64,000 nt of DNA from positions 157,907-221,906 of the forward strand of contig CAZOGI010000001.1 of NCBI GenBank assembly GCA_964579435.1, given 5' to 3'. The DNA is from an uncultured Planctomycetales bacterium (lineage in GTDB: Bacteria; Omnitrophota; Gorgyraeia; Gygaellales; Profunditerraquicolaceae). Below the pieces are notes generated by a model. The model was not told the origin of the DNA. It did no database searches and saw only the letters and a list, made by a program, of their open reading frames with translations. Both the position numbers and the translations under genes were made by a program. Shown here piece by piece: positions 16,012-26,422 of the stretch (positions are counted from its first letter, which is position 1; every line of letters starts with the position of its first letter).

Positions 16012-16755
16012 CTACTTCAGTTTGCCCAGCGGGTACGCCTTCAGGAGCGTCGATTCGATCCAATCAAGAGAAGCCGGCGCAGAAAGATGCCAGTAGGTCG
16101 GACAGGGGGAGAGAACCTCGACGAGGGAAAACCCACGCCCATCCAGTTGATTCTGGAATGCGCTGCGCAGCGCCCCATACGCCCGGCGCACCTGCTGCGG
16201 GGCGTGGAGAGAAACACGCTCGACCGAAAAAACGCCGGGGGACAACGCCAGCATCTCCGAAATCCGCAGCGGAAATCCGTGTTGACGCGCGTCCCGGCCG
16301 TGGGGGGAAGTCGCCGTGCGTTGTCCGCCGATCGTCGTCGGCGCCATCTGTCCGCCGGTCATGCCGTAGACGGCGTTGTTCACGAAGACCACCGTCAGGT
16401 TCTCCCCCCGGTTCGCCGCATGAATGGTCTCCGCCGTTCCGATCGCCGCCAGGTCCCCGTCCCCCTGATAGGTGAAGACCACCACCTCGGGACGCACGCG
16501 CTTTATCGCCGTTGCCACTGCCAGGGCCCTGCCGTGCGCGGCCTCAGAACAATCGAAGCGCCAGTAGTTGTAGGCGATTACCGCACACCCTACCGGGGCA
16601 ACCGCAACCACGCGCTCCCGCAGCCCCAACTCATCGATCACCTGGGCAACAAGACGATGTACGACCCCGTGGCCGCACCCGGGACAATAGTGGGTCGGCT
16701 CCTGCCGCAGGGCAGCGGGACGACAGAAGAGCGGCTGTTCTTTTTCTTTCCTCAT
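16012..16755 (-). CDS. 2-oxoacid:ferredoxin oxidoreductase beta subunit (TPP-binding)
   Basis: CPGCGHG...GDGD...NNAVYGMTGGQ. Internal ATG (MRKEKEQ) chosen at 16755. Confidence 0.75.
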   Translation of the reverse strand: MRKEKEQPLFCRPAALRQEPTHYCPGCGHGVVHRLVAQVIDELGLRERVVAVAPVGCAVIAYNYWRFDCSEAAHGRALAVATAIKRVRPEVVVFTYQGDGDLAAIGTAETIHAANRGENLTVVFVNNAVYGMTGGQMAPTTIGGQRTATSPHGRDARQHGFPLRISEMLALSPGVFSVERVSLHAPQQVRRAYGALRSAFQNQLDGRGFSLVEVLSPCPTYWHLSAPASLDWIESTLLKAYPLGKLK

Positions 16756-16799
16756 CGATCGTTTCTTTGTCTCTGCGCCCGCGCAAGGGCTTTTATTCT

Positions 16800-17870
16800 T
16801 CACAAGCCGCGCAGCGCCTTTTCGACCTGCGATTCGGACGGAATTCCTCCTCCGGCGCGCCCCAAAAAAGCAACCGCGGCCTTTCCGTTGACGGCCAGAC
16901 GTACATCCTCGACAAGCTGCCCGTATGACATCTCCACCACCAGAAAGCGGATCCGACGACGCCGGCGCAGCAGCGCAGAAAACGCCTGCTGCGGGAACGG
17001 CCAAAGCGTTTTCGGGCAGAACAGTCCCACGCGCGCGCCCCTTTCCCGGGCCGAGCGCACGACGTTCTGGGCAACGCGGGCCATGCTGCCGTAGGCGACA
17101 AGTACGATGTCGGCGTCCGGGAGCGAAAGGGCAACGCTGCGCTGCTCGCGCGCACAGACCATCCGGTATTTTGCCTGCAGGCGCTGATTAACCGTCTCCA
17201 GGGCGCCCTCTTGCAGATAAAAAGAACGCACGACGCGGGGGGCGCGGTTACGGCAACCGGTCAACGCCCATGCCGGGCTTTTTTCGCGCGCGTCGCATCT
17301 GCGCCGATACCCGTAGCGGACCGGCTCGCGCATCTGACCCAGCAGCCCGTCCGCCAGTACCAGCGCCGGCATGCGGTATCGATCGGCCAAATCAAACGCA
17401 AGGGGCATAAAGGCATACGCCTCCTGCACCGACGCAGGGGCCAGGACGATCGAATGGTAATCGCCGTGCCCGCCGCCGCGGGTCGCCTGGAAGTAATCCG
17501 ACTGGGCTGCGGCAATATTGCCCAGCCCCGGACCGCCGCGCATGACATTGACAACGACTGCCGGCAGCTCGGCGCCCGCGATATAGGAAAGCCCTTCCTG
17601 CATCAGGCTGATCCCGGGGCTTGAAGACGAGGTCATCGCCCGCACGCCTGCGGCTGCGGCGCCGAACACCATGTTGATCGCCGCCAGCTCCGATTCCGCC
17701 TGCAGAAAAACGCCGCCCTGCCCGGGCAGATGCTGCGCCATATGGGCGATCAGCTCGTTTTGGGGGGTAATCGGATAGCCAGCATAAAACCGGCAGCCGG
17801 CATGAAGGGCGCCGGTTGCGATCGCCTCATTGCCGCTTGCCAGTTCCCACGGAATCCGCTTCGCGCTCAA
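16800..17870 (-). CDS. 2-oxoacid:ferredoxin oxidoreductase alpha subunit
   Basis: GNEAIATGALHAGCRFYAGYPITP... TTG start at 17868-17870 with AAGGAAG upstream. Confidence 0.75.
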   Translation of the reverse strand: MSAKRIPWELASGNEAIATGALHAGCRFYAGYPITPQNELIAHMAQHLPGQGGVFLQAESELAAINMVFGAAAAGVRAMTSSSSPGISLMQEGLSYIAGAELPAVVVNVMRGGPGLGNIAAAQSDYFQATRGGGHGDYHSIVLAPASVQEAYAFMPLAFDLADRYRMPALVLADGLLGQMREPVRYGYRRRCDAREKSPAWALTGCRNRAPRVVRSFYLQEGALETVNQRLQAKYRMVCAREQRSVALSLPDADIVLVAYGSMARVAQNVVRSARERGARVGLFCPKTLWPFPQQAFSALLRRRRRIRFLVVEMSYGQLVEDVRLAVNGKAAVAFLGRAGGGIPSESQVEKALRGL

Positions 17871-18088
17871 CGTCGTCTTCCTTGCGTTCTATGAATCTCG
17901 ATGCAGGTCTCCGGGCAGATCAGAAAGCACTGCCCGCAGCCGCTGCAGGCGTCGCTTTTTTTCGGGACGACGAAACGCGTCCCTCTCTTATTAACCCCTT
18001 CGCCCGCCGCCAGTATTTTCTTCGGGCAAACCCGCAGACAGAGGAAACACCCTTTGCAGAATTCTTTATCGACGCGAACGACAGCCAT
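17867..18088 (-). CDS. 2-oxoacid:ferredoxin oxidoreductase delta subunit (2x[4Fe-4S] ferredoxin)
   Basis: CKGCFLCLRVCP and CSGCGQCFLICP motifs, 73 aa. Confidence 0.8.
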   Translation of the reverse strand: MAVVRVDKEFCKGCFLCLRVCPKKILAAGEGVNKRGTRFVVPKKSDACSGCGQCFLICPETCIEIHRTQGRRR

Positions 18089-18094
18089 CGCTTT

Positions 18095-19963
18095 TCACCG
18101 CCTCGACTCCTTGAGATGCCGTTTGATCTGTTCGGCCAACCCCGGCGCGGACAGTCCGAAAAGGTTCAAGAGCACCTCCCGGTTCCCGCAGGGCAGAAAA
18201 GCGTCCGGGAGCCCGAAGGCCGTCACCGGCCGCTGCAGCGCCTCCTGCAGCGCGCTGCCGAAGCCGCCGGCAACGACGCCGTCTTCGGCCGAAAAAAGAA
18301 TCGGCGCGTCGGCGGCGAGCGTCTTGAGTGCATCCGCATCCAGCGGTTTGACGAACCGGCCGTTGACCACCGTTCCCCGGATCCCCTCCTGGCGCAACGC
18401 CTCGGCAGCCTTAACGGCAGGCTCGACCATGCTGCCTGCCGCAAAAAGGCAATACTCCCTGCCCTGCGTCAACGCCTCGGCCTTGCCCAGTTCCAGGGGT
18501 TCCCCCCCGAAGGAGTCCTCCGGAACCGCTGCCTTGGGATACCGCAGCGCAACCGGTCTTTTCAGGGTGAACGCGAACGCCAACATCTGCTCCATTTCGG
18601 CGCCGCTGGAGGGGACCATGACGACCATGTGGGGGATGCTGCGCAGAAATGCCAGATCGAACGCACCCTGATGGGTCGCCCCGTCCTCGCCGACCACCCC
18701 GGCGCGGTCGATGACGAAAACGACCGGCACGTTCTGCAGGGCGACGCATTCGACGATGTGGTCGTATGCCCGCTGCAGGAACGTCGAGTAGATGGCAACC
18801 ACGGGCCGCATCCCCTGCCGGGCCAGACCGCCGGCGAACGAAACGGCGTGTCCTTCGGCGATGCCGACGTCAAAAAACCGTTTCGGAAAAGCGTCGCGAA
18901 AATCGCTCAAGCCCGTGCCTTCCGGCATCGCGGCTGTAATCGCGACGATGCGCTCATCGGATCGAGCCAGGGAAACCAGCTTCTTGCCGAAAACCGCGGT
19001 GTAGCTGGGCCGCGCATCCTTCTTCGGCGGACGGGGAGCTCCCGAGGCGATCTCAAACGGCGGGGCGCTGTGGAAACGAACGGGATCTTTCTCCGCCGGG
19101 ACGTAGCCCTTGCCCTTCTTGGTGACCGCATGAAAGAGCACCGGCCCTTTGGCGGTCGCCAGGATATTGCGCAGGGTCGCAATCATCGCTGACAGATTGT
19201 GCCCGTCGAACGGCCCGAAGTAGCGGAACCCCAGCTCTTCGAAAAACATCCCCGGCACGAAAAGCCCCTTGAGCCCTTCCTCGAATTTATTCGCCAGCGC
19301 CAGCAGCCGCGACCCGCGCGGGATGCGCGCCTCAATGAAGTGATCGAGCGAATTCTTGAACCGGTTATACAGCGGCTGCGAAATGATCTTGTTGAGGTAG
19401 GTGCTCAGGGCTCCGACGTTCGGCGCGATCGAAAGCTCGTTTGTATTGAGAACCACGAGCATGTCTTTTTTCAGGTGCCCGGCGTTGTTGAGCCCTTCAA
19501 AACACAGTCCGCCGCTCAAGGAACCGTCCCCGATCACCGCCGCGACGCGGAATGCCCCCTCCGGGGGGAGCAGATCACGCGCGCAGACCAGGCCCAGCGC
19601 CAGAGAGATCGCGGTCGAGCTGTGGCCGGTCGTGAACGGATCGAACTCCGATTCATCCTTGCAGGGAAAACCTGTCAACCCCTGGTACTGGCGCAGGTTT
19701 TCAAAAGAAACGTTGCGGCCGGTGAGGATCTTATGGGCGTAGGCCTGGTGACCGACATCCCAAATAATCTTATCCCGTGGGGTATTCAGGCAATAGTGCA
19801 GCGCGATCGCCAGCTCAACCACGCCCAGGCTTGAGGCGAGATGCCCTCCGGTGCGCGCGGTCACCTGGATAATGCGCGCACGGATTTCTTCGGCAAGCAC
19901 CGGCAGCTCTTCCGGAAGGAACCGCCGCAGATCTTCGGGACCTCGTATTTTCTCAAGTATCAC
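18095..19963 (-). CDS. dxs: 1-deoxy-D-xylulose-5-phosphate synthase
   Basis: GGHLASSLGVVEL, GDG TPP motif, 620+ aa. The track start at 20008 is TTG and overlaps xseB. I prefer the GTG at 19963 (MILEKIRGPEDLRR...) with AGGAG 10 nt upstream, but the start is uncertain. Confidence 0.8.
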   Translation of the reverse strand: MILEKIRGPEDLRRFLPEELPVLAEEIRARIIQVTARTGGHLASSLGVVELAIALHYCLNTPRDKIIWDVGHQAYAHKILTGRNVSFENLRQYQGLTGFPCKDESEFDPFTTGHSSTAISLALGLVCARDLLPPEGAFRVAAVIGDGSLSGGLCFEGLNNAGHLKKDMLVVLNTNELSIAPNVGALSTYLNKIISQPLYNRFKNSLDHFIEARIPRGSRLLALANKFEEGLKGLFVPGMFFEELGFRYFGPFDGHNLSAMIATLRNILATAKGPVLFHAVTKKGKGYVPAEKDPVRFHSAPPFEIASGAPRPPKKDARPSYTAVFGKKLVSLARSDERIVAITAAMPEGTGLSDFRDAFPKRFFDVGIAEGHAVSFAGGLARQGMRPVVAIYSTFLQRAYDHIVECVALQNVPVVFVIDRAGVVGEDGATHQGAFDLAFLRSIPHMVVMVPSSGAEMEQMLAFAFTLKRPVALRYPKAAVPEDSFGGEPLELGKAEALTQGREYCLFAAGSMVEPAVKAAEALRQEGIRGTVVNGRFVKPLDADALKTLAADAPILFSAEDGVVAGGFGSALQEALQRPVTAFGLPDAFLPCGNREVLLNLFGLSAPGLAEQIKRHLKESRR

Positions 19964-19982
19964 GGCGCACACGCTCCTGCGG

Positions 19983-20219
19983 TCAGGATTCGGTTTCCGG
20001 CTCTTCAAAAGGCGACAACTCGAACTCGCCCTTTTTATTCTTGGTCAAAACGTCGATCTTCTTGCGCGCGGCCTCCAGCTTCTGTCCGAGCTGGCGCGCC
20101 AAATCGACCCCCTCCTGATACCGCTTGAGCGCCTCATCGAGCGTCAGATCTCCCTTTTCCAAATCCTCGACGATACGCTCCAGTTTTTTGAGTGCCTCCT
20201 CGAACTTAAGCTCTGCCAT
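19983..20219 (-). CDS. xseB: Exodeoxyribonuclease VII small subunit
   Basis: FEEALKKLERIVEDLEKGDLTLDEALKRYQEG, 78 aa. Confidence 0.85.
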   Translation of the reverse strand: MAELKFEEALKKLERIVEDLEKGDLTLDEALKRYQEGVDLARQLGQKLEAARKKIDVLTKNKKGEFELSPFEEPETES

Positions 20220-20255
20220 GCCCTGCCTCGCTTTGCGCTGAACCGGTGCGCATTT

Positions 20256-21596
20256 TTAATTTCCCCCGGGCTCGATCCCGGTAACCGTGCTGATAACCTC
20301 TCCCCGGGAGAGCCGCGTTCGCAGCCGCTGTCCCGGAGCGAGCGTCGCGGCATCCTTCACCACCGCGCCGGAAGGATCCTCAAAGGTAATACTGTACCCC
20401 CGCGCCAAAACCGTCAGGGGGCTGAGGCTCTGGAGTTTCGCGGTCAGGGTGGAAAATGCGGCGGCGCGCAGCGCCACCAAATGCGCTGCCTCCTGTGTCA
20501 GGCGCGTCAGGCACTGCCGCAACTGCTCCCGCGAGCGCACGACGTGCGCGCGGGGATTGACCAAAAACAGCTTTTTGAACGCCGCCTCCGCGCTCTGCCG
20601 GCGTAAGGCAAGGGCATGTTCCGCCGTCACCCCCAGGCGCCGCTTCAGATCCTGGACATCCTGTGAGCAACGCTCTATCTCTTCCCGCAGCAGGCGCCGC
20701 AGGCCCTGCAGGGCAACCCCGAGGCGCCCCGACAGATCCTCCTTCCGGGGGATCACCAGCTCCGCGGCAACCGACGGCGTCGCCGCGCGGACATCGGCGA
20801 CCAGATCGGCAATCGTCCAATCGCTCTCGTGACCGACCGCCGAGACGACGGGGATCGTCGAATCGTAGATCGCGCGGGCCACCGCTTCTTCGTTAAACGC
20901 CCACAGATCTTCGATGCTGCCCCCGCCCCGCCCGACGATCAAAACCTCGACGCGCTCGGTCGCGGGAACGGCGCGATTGTAGTCATTGAAATCCTGAATC
21001 GCCCTGACAATATCCTCTTTCGCCCCCTCTCCCTGCACACGCACGGGAGCGATAAGGACCGGAACGCTGGCGTGACGGCGCGCGCAGACCTTCAGGATAT
21101 CCCGCAGCGCAGCACCCTGTGCGGAGGTAACTACCCCTACGCGACCGGGGAGTGCCGGCAAGGCCCGTTTATGCTCCAGCGCGAACAACCCTTGAGCCTG
21201 CAGTTTCTTCTTCAGCTGCTCCAAGGCTAGTTGCAGGCTCCCGATCCCTTGCGGCTCCATCTTGGCGATGACCAGCTGGTACCGGCCATGGGGCGGGTAC
21301 ACTTCGACGGATCCGAAACAGACCACCTTTTGCCCGTCCTGCAGCTTAAACGGGATGGCGGAGGCAGCGCGGTTGAAAACCACGGCCTGCAGGAGCGCCT
21401 CGCTGTCTTTCAAAGAAAAATACCAATGTCCGGCAGCCGAGCATTTGCAATTGGAAATCTCCCCCTCCACCCATACGTCGCAAAAGGTCTGCTCCAGGAT
21501 ACTGCGGATATCGCGGGTGATCTCCGCGACCGAGTAGACGCGGCGCTCTTCTGCCGCGGGCGCAGGGGATAAAGCGACATGAGAGCGTGGGCGCAT
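20256..21596 (-). CDS. xseA: Exodeoxyribonuclease VII large subunit
   Basis: N-terminal OB fold (YSVAEITRDIRSILE..VWVEGEISN) plus catalytic domain, 446 aa. Confidence 0.85.
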   Translation of the reverse strand: MRPRSHVALSPAPAAEERRVYSVAEITRDIRSILEQTFCDVWVEGEISNCKCSAAGHWYFSLKDSEALLQAVVFNRAASAIPFKLQDGQKVVCFGSVEVYPPHGRYQLVIAKMEPQGIGSLQLALEQLKKKLQAQGLFALEHKRALPALPGRVGVVTSAQGAALRDILKVCARRHASVPVLIAPVRVQGEGAKEDIVRAIQDFNDYNRAVPATERVEVLIVGRGGGSIEDLWAFNEEAVARAIYDSTIPVVSAVGHESDWTIADLVADVRAATPSVAAELVIPRKEDLSGRLGVALQGLRRLLREEIERCSQDVQDLKRRLGVTAEHALALRRQSAEAAFKKLFLVNPRAHVVRSREQLRQCLTRLTQEAAHLVALRAAAFSTLTAKLQSLSPLTVLARGYSITFEDPSGAVVKDAATLAPGQRLRTRLSRGEVISTVTGIEPGGN

Positions 21597-23383
21597 CAGG
21601 GGGTCTCCCCGGGCTCAACCGCCGGCGGCGCGGCGGGGATATCTTTTCGTAAGACCAAAAGCTGGAGCGAATAGGGCAAGAGCGGCAGGAGGAGTTCCGG
21701 CTCTTTCTCCGGCTCCAGCAGCCGCGTCTCCAGCGGCTCAAAGGCCTGTTCCTGATTGGCCCCGTCTATCGCGAAACGCTGGTACTGATACCTGCCGGGG
21801 GCATTGCGCAGGCGCACGCGCAGGTGCCGGGGGTGTTCCTTTGCCTGCTCTGCCGCAGCGCGCAATTCCTGCGCCTCCTGCACGACCGTGCGCAACCGCC
21901 GGGTGAGACGGACGGTGCGCGGATTGATCGAGCCTTTGAGTAAATCTTCAAACTGCCCCGTAGAGACGAGATTCAAGAGTATCCGCCGCTCCCCTTCGCG
22001 CAATCCGGCGATCATGCGCGAGAGCAAACTGCGCACGGGATCCGGATCGATATACTGCGCGATCAGGATCGCGAAACCGTCGGGGGTCCGGGTGGGGATG
22101 ACCGTGACGAAATCGTCGTTCGTGCGCACCCCGGAGACGATCCAATTCTTCCCGAGGCGGGAGAGCATCCGCAGCGCCCCGTAAACCGCTTTTCCCTGTC
22201 CCTTGTAATCGCGACTCTGTGCGTCGTAGGAAAAAGCCCCGACGTTACGCACGACGCCGGCGGGATTCGCCTTAAAATCCTCGAGGCAGAAAAAAAGGGC
22301 GTAATCGATCCCCGCCTCGTACATCCCCTTCAGGCGCGCCGGCAGATAGCTGGCGCTGATATGGGAGGCCCCGCCGCGTTCGGACGCATCGTTGGCGCCG
22401 GCGTCGAAATTCCATTCTGAGACAATGAGAGGGGTCGTATGGTCGAATTTGAAATACCGCAGCCAGTCGCGGATCAGATAGACGGCACTACGCCGCTTGT
22501 ACACGCTCTGTTCCTGCTCTACCTTCGGATCGGTCGCGTAGGCATGCCAACTGATAAAATCGAGCGGCAGCCGGTAATGGAAACAGAACCGGATCAGTTC
22601 GTACATGAGGCTGCGCTCGGGGTTCAGCGCGGTGTTTCCGTCTATCGTCTGGAACCACCAGCTGGTGCTGGGGCCCCCAACCGGGATCTGGAGGCCGTAT
22701 TGCGCTTCCAGCTCCTTGACCGCCTCTGCAACCGCACGGTACAGGTACAGATACTCTAACTTGCTGCCGAGAAAAAAGCCGTCCAAATCCGGCGCGCTCC
22801 AAACCTCATACCAAACGGCGTAGCGTTTTTCGCAGCTTAAAAGACGGATCAACTCTTTGACCAGCGCTTTGTACGCGCGCATATCGACCGGCGGGCTTTT
22901 GGGATCAAGCACCTTGCCCAGCCCGGCCGGCGTCCCGAAAAGGCTCAAGAGGACCGTTCCTCCTCCGTCGCTGATCTCCTTGATGATCGTCTCGTAATTG
23001 CGCAACAAGGCCTGCTGTTGAGCGGGGTCCTTGGCAAGCTCATGCACCTGCCAGAGGTTATAGCGCAGACGCAGCATCCCGGCGCGGCCGATCTCGGAAA
23101 ACCAGACGTCCAAGACATGCGGGTCGGCCACCGATTTCGGCCACGCCGGGTCGGCGTGGAAACCGCGTCCGCTGATGTCGATGTTCGGCTGGAAAATCTG
23201 CGGAAGGGGCACGGGGGGCGAGGCCAAGTCAAGGGTTACCTCAACGGTCTTGGCCGCAGCATCCGGCAGCGCAGCCAGCGGCTGCGAGCGCGCGCAACAG
23301 AAACACGCCGCAAAAAAAAGCGCGGCGCATCCGCTGCCGCGCAGGCGGCGGATCAGGCACAGGGCGAAAGGTTCATGCGGCAT
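21596..23383 (-). CDS. Secreted TIM-barrel glycoside hydrolase (GH-A clan-like) with Pro/Leu-rich C-terminal tail
   Basis: Internal ATG at 23383 gives signal peptide MPHEPFALCLIRRLRGSGCAALFFAACFCCARS. VSEWNFDAG is candidate nucleophile-region context. No precise family assignment is possible by eye. Confidence 0.5.
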   Translation of the reverse strand: MPHEPFALCLIRRLRGSGCAALFFAACFCCARSQPLAALPDAAAKTVEVTLDLASPPVPLPQIFQPNIDISGRGFHADPAWPKSVADPHVLDVWFSEIGRAGMLRLRYNLWQVHELAKDPAQQQALLRNYETIIKEISDGGGTVLLSLFGTPAGLGKVLDPKSPPVDMRAYKALVKELIRLLSCEKRYAVWYEVWSAPDLDGFFLGSKLEYLYLYRAVAEAVKELEAQYGLQIPVGGPSTSWWFQTIDGNTALNPERSLMYELIRFCFHYRLPLDFISWHAYATDPKVEQEQSVYKRRSAVYLIRDWLRYFKFDHTTPLIVSEWNFDAGANDASERGGASHISASYLPARLKGMYEAGIDYALFFCLEDFKANPAGVVRNVGAFSYDAQSRDYKGQGKAVYGALRMLSRLGKNWIVSGVRTNDDFVTVIPTRTPDGFAILIAQYIDPDPVRSLLSRMIAGLREGERRILLNLVSTGQFEDLLKGSINPRTVRLTRRLRTVVQEAQELRAAAEQAKEHPRHLRVRLRNAPGRYQYQRFAIDGANQEQAFEPLETRLLEPEKEPELLLPLLPYSLQLLVLRKDIPAAPPAVEPGETP

Positions 23384-24158
23384 ATTTTTCGTGGATGCGC
23401 CGGATCTGCGTGGCTCTTCCCGTCCGCTCATCGATATCGACGAGCGCCCCGCACAAACGGACATCCCCGCTGGCAACTTCGAACCGCTTGGGCACACTGT
23501 ACAGAAAACGTTCCAGCACATCTTCGGTCCGGCGCCCGATGACCGAATCATAGGGCCCGCTCATTCCCGCATCAGTCAGATAGGCGCAGCCGCCGGGCAG
23601 AATCGTCTCGTCGGCGGTCTGGATATGGGTATGCGTGCCGATCACCGCCGAAACGGTCCCGTCGAGGAAACGGCCGAAGGCGACCTTCTCAGAGGTCGCC
23701 TCGGCGTGGATATCGACGATAATGACCGGGGATTCCTCGCGCATCTTCGTGACCGCCTCGCGGGCGCTGCGGAAGGGACACTCGATCGGCTGCATGAAAA
23801 CGCGGCCCTGCACGTTCAAAACACCGATCTTGCTGCCGCCGGGCAGCGTATACAGGCCATACCCGCGCCCGGGGACTCCGGGAGGCAGGTTGAGCGGCCG
23901 CAGGATACGCACGTCCCGCTCGATACAGTCGAATATCTCGCGCTTCTTCCAGACGTGATCGCCGGCGGTGATGACCGAAACCCCGGCATCGAAGAGCTCC
24001 GCGGCGACGTGCGGGGTGATCCCCGAGCCGCCCGCGGCGTTCTCGGCATTGGCCACGACGAAGTCGATTCCTTCGCCCTCCCGCAGGCGCGGCACCAGGT
24101 GCCTGACCGCTTCCCGGCCGGGATTCCCGACGATATCCCCGATAAAAAGGATGCGCAT
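23373..24158 (-). CDS. ymdB: TIGR00282/YmdB-family metallophosphoesterase
   Basis: MRILFIGDIVG...VVANAENAAGG...GDH motifs. Conserved synteny directly downstream of rny. Confidence 0.75.
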   Translation of the reverse strand: MRILFIGDIVGNPGREAVRHLVPRLREGEGIDFVVANAENAAGGSGITPHVAAELFDAGVSVITAGDHVWKKREIFDCIERDVRILRPLNLPPGVPGRGYGLYTLPGGSKIGVLNVQGRVFMQPIECPFRSAREAVTKMREESPVIIVDIHAEATSEKVAFGRFLDGTVSAVIGTHTHIQTADETILPGGCAYLTDAGMSGPYDSVIGRRTEDVLERFLYSVPKRFEVASGDVRLCGALVDIDERTGRATQIRRIHEKYAA

Positions 24159-24168
24159 GGCCGCCCGT

Positions 24169-25725
24169 TTATTTTGCGTACTCGATCGAGCGCGTTTCGC
24201 GGATGACGCACACTTTTATCTGGCCCGGATACTCCATGCCTTCTTCGATCTTCTTGCGGATTTCCCGCGCCAGGTTCAGCGATTCCGCGTCGTTGAGTTT
24301 TTCCGGCTGCACGATCACCCTGATCTCGCGCCCGGCCTGAATGGCATAGGATTTCTCCACCCCTTTGAAGAGATTGGCGATCGATTCCAGTTTGTCGAGC
24401 CGCTTGATATAGGTCTCCAGCGTCTCGCGCCGCGCGCCCGGCCGGGTGGCGCTGATGGCATCCGCCGCTATCGCCAGCAAGGCAAAGATCCCCCGGCAAT
24501 CGGTCTCCTCATGATGCGCCTCGATCGCCTCGACGACTTGCGCAGGCTCGTTGTATTTGCGCGCCAGGTCCGCGCCCAGCTTCGCGTGCGTGCCTTCCAG
24601 CTGATGATCGACTGCTTTGCCGATGTCATGGAGCAGCCCGATGCGGTGCGCGATCTTGAAATCCAGGCCCAGCTCCGAGGCCATGACCCCCAGGAGGAAG
24701 GCAACTTCTTTTGAATGCTGCAGGGCGTTCTGGCCGAAACTGGTGCGGTACCTGAGCCTGCCCAACAGCTTGATCAGCTCCGGATGCAGGTTCGTCACGC
24801 CGGCTTCGAACGCCGCGCGCTCCCCTTCCTCGCGGATCTTCTCCTCCATCTCTTTCTTGGCCTTCTCGACGACTTCCTCGATGCGTCCGGGATGGATCCG
24901 CCCGTCCCCGATCAGCTTCTCCAGCGCCGTGCGCGCGATCTCGCGCCGCACCGTGTCGAACGCCGAAAGCGTCACCGCCTCAGGGGTATCGTCGATGATC
25001 ACGTCAACCCCCGTCGCCATCTCAAAGGCGCGGATATTGCGGCCTTCCCTCCCGATCACCCGTCCCTTCATTTCGTCATTCGGGAGGTTGACCACGCTGA
25101 CCGTCGACTCCACCGAATGTTCGGCAGCGCAGCGCTGGATGGCGAGGCTGATGGTCTCGCGCGCCTTCTTTTCCGCGATTTGGCGCAGCTCTTCCTCCTG
25201 GCGTTTGATCAGCACCGCTTTTTCGTTGTTCAGTTCCTCGTTGAGACGGTTCAGGAGTATCTGCTTGGCCTCCTCGGCGGAGAGAGAGGATATTTTTTGC
25301 AGGCGCTCCTTCTCTTCCCCGATCAAGGAATGCAGGTGCTGCTCTTTGGCGCGGGCCGATTCCTCCTGCTTCTTTACTTCCTCCTGCTTGACGGCAATCT
25401 CTTTTTCCTTGTTATCCAGCAAGTCCAGGCGCCGATCGATATTCTCCTCTTTCTGAGCCAGGCGACGCTCCAGGGAAGAGATTTCCTGGCGCCGCTCCTG
25501 CGTGGAACGTTCGAAGTCTTGGCGCAGCTTATAGAGGGCGTCTTTTGCCTCCAGCTCCGCCTCGCGGCGCCGGTCCTGTATTTCGCGCTTGGCCTGTTCC
25601 ATGATCTGCTGGGCCTGCGCTTCGGCATCCTTAACCTTTTTGGCTGCCACGGCCTTACGTAGAAGATATCCTCCGGCAAAGGCGGCGGCGGCAACAACGA
25701 GTGTTACCGGGATGAGATAAAGCAT
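24169..25725 (-). CDS. rny: Ribonuclease Y
   Basis: N-terminal TM helix, coiled coil, KH domain and HD domain (GLLHDIGK). ATG (MLYLIPV) chosen at 25725. Confidence 0.85.
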   Translation of the reverse strand: MLYLIPVTLVVAAAAFAGGYLLRKAVAAKKVKDAEAQAQQIMEQAKREIQDRRREAELEAKDALYKLRQDFERSTQERRQEISSLERRLAQKEENIDRRLDLLDNKEKEIAVKQEEVKKQEESARAKEQHLHSLIGEEKERLQKISSLSAEEAKQILLNRLNEELNNEKAVLIKRQEEELRQIAEKKARETISLAIQRCAAEHSVESTVSVVNLPNDEMKGRVIGREGRNIRAFEMATGVDVIIDDTPEAVTLSAFDTVRREIARTALEKLIGDGRIHPGRIEEVVEKAKKEMEEKIREEGERAAFEAGVTNLHPELIKLLGRLRYRTSFGQNALQHSKEVAFLLGVMASELGLDFKIAHRIGLLHDIGKAVDHQLEGTHAKLGADLARKYNEPAQVVEAIEAHHEETDCRGIFALLAIAADAISATRPGARRETLETYIKRLDKLESIANLFKGVEKSYAIQAGREIRVIVQPEKLNDAESLNLAREIRKKIEEGMEYPGQIKVCVIRETRSIEYAK

Positions 25726-25824
25726 ATTGAACAAGAACCCCCTTTTTTCAAGATAGGCGTTTTTTGAACGCACAACGGCGTGATGATGCGACGACAGGGT
25801 CCTCGGCGGGGCGGAGGGTACGGT

Positions 25825-26406
25825 TTACGCCCAGATGACGCGGTTCACCCTGACGTCTCTGGCGGTGGTAGGGACAGAAGGAAGGATTTGAAAATCGTAA
25901 GCCAGGCCCACGGTCGGTGTATCCTGCGGCAGTCGGGACAAAAAAGAGTCGTAACATCCCCTGCCGCGCCCCAACCGGTTGCCGCGACGATCAAAGGCAA
26001 TGCCCGGCACGATCACTAAGTCTATATCGCGCATGCGTAAGAAGCGCTTGGCGCGGGGCTCGGGTATTCCGTAGAGCCCTTTATGCAGCCGCGCCGTCTC
26101 ATGAAAGACACACGGCCAGACCAGGTGCGGCGTGCGCGCAACCGGGACCGCAACCCGTTTTCCCCGCAGAAACGCTTCCCGTATCATGCTCCTTGTGTCC
26201 ACTTCGCCACCGAAAGAGAGGTAAAACATCACCGTTTTTGCTTTTCTAAACGCTGTTGTCCTGAACAGCTTACCTTTTATAGTACAACTCTTTTTGGTTC
26301 GCTCTTCCTCCTTCTGAGTTTTTAACAGCGCTATAATTCTACTACGCAGAGCCTGTTTTGTCAATGCTCTCCCCGGACAGGCGGCCGGAAACAATGTCTT
26401 TTTCAT
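25825..26406 (-). CDS. 5-formyltetrahydrofolate cyclo-ligase
   Basis: GRGRGCYD motif. Internal ATG (MKKTLFPAA...) at 26406. 193 aa. Confidence 0.7.
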   Translation of the reverse strand: MKKTLFPAACPGRALTKQALRSRIIALLKTQKEEERTKKSCTIKGKLFRTTAFRKAKTVMFYLSFGGEVDTRSMIREAFLRGKRVAVPVARTPHLVWPCVFHETARLHKGLYGIPEPRAKRFLRMRDIDLVIVPGIAFDRRGNRLGRGRGCYDSFLSRLPQDTPTVGLAYDFQILPSVPTTARDVRVNRVIWA

Positions 26407-26422
26407 GGAGAAAAGCCGCCTC

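Noticed and set aside
17816-19192. 458-aa plus-strand ORF antisense to dxs
   Set aside because: dxs is clear on the minus strand.
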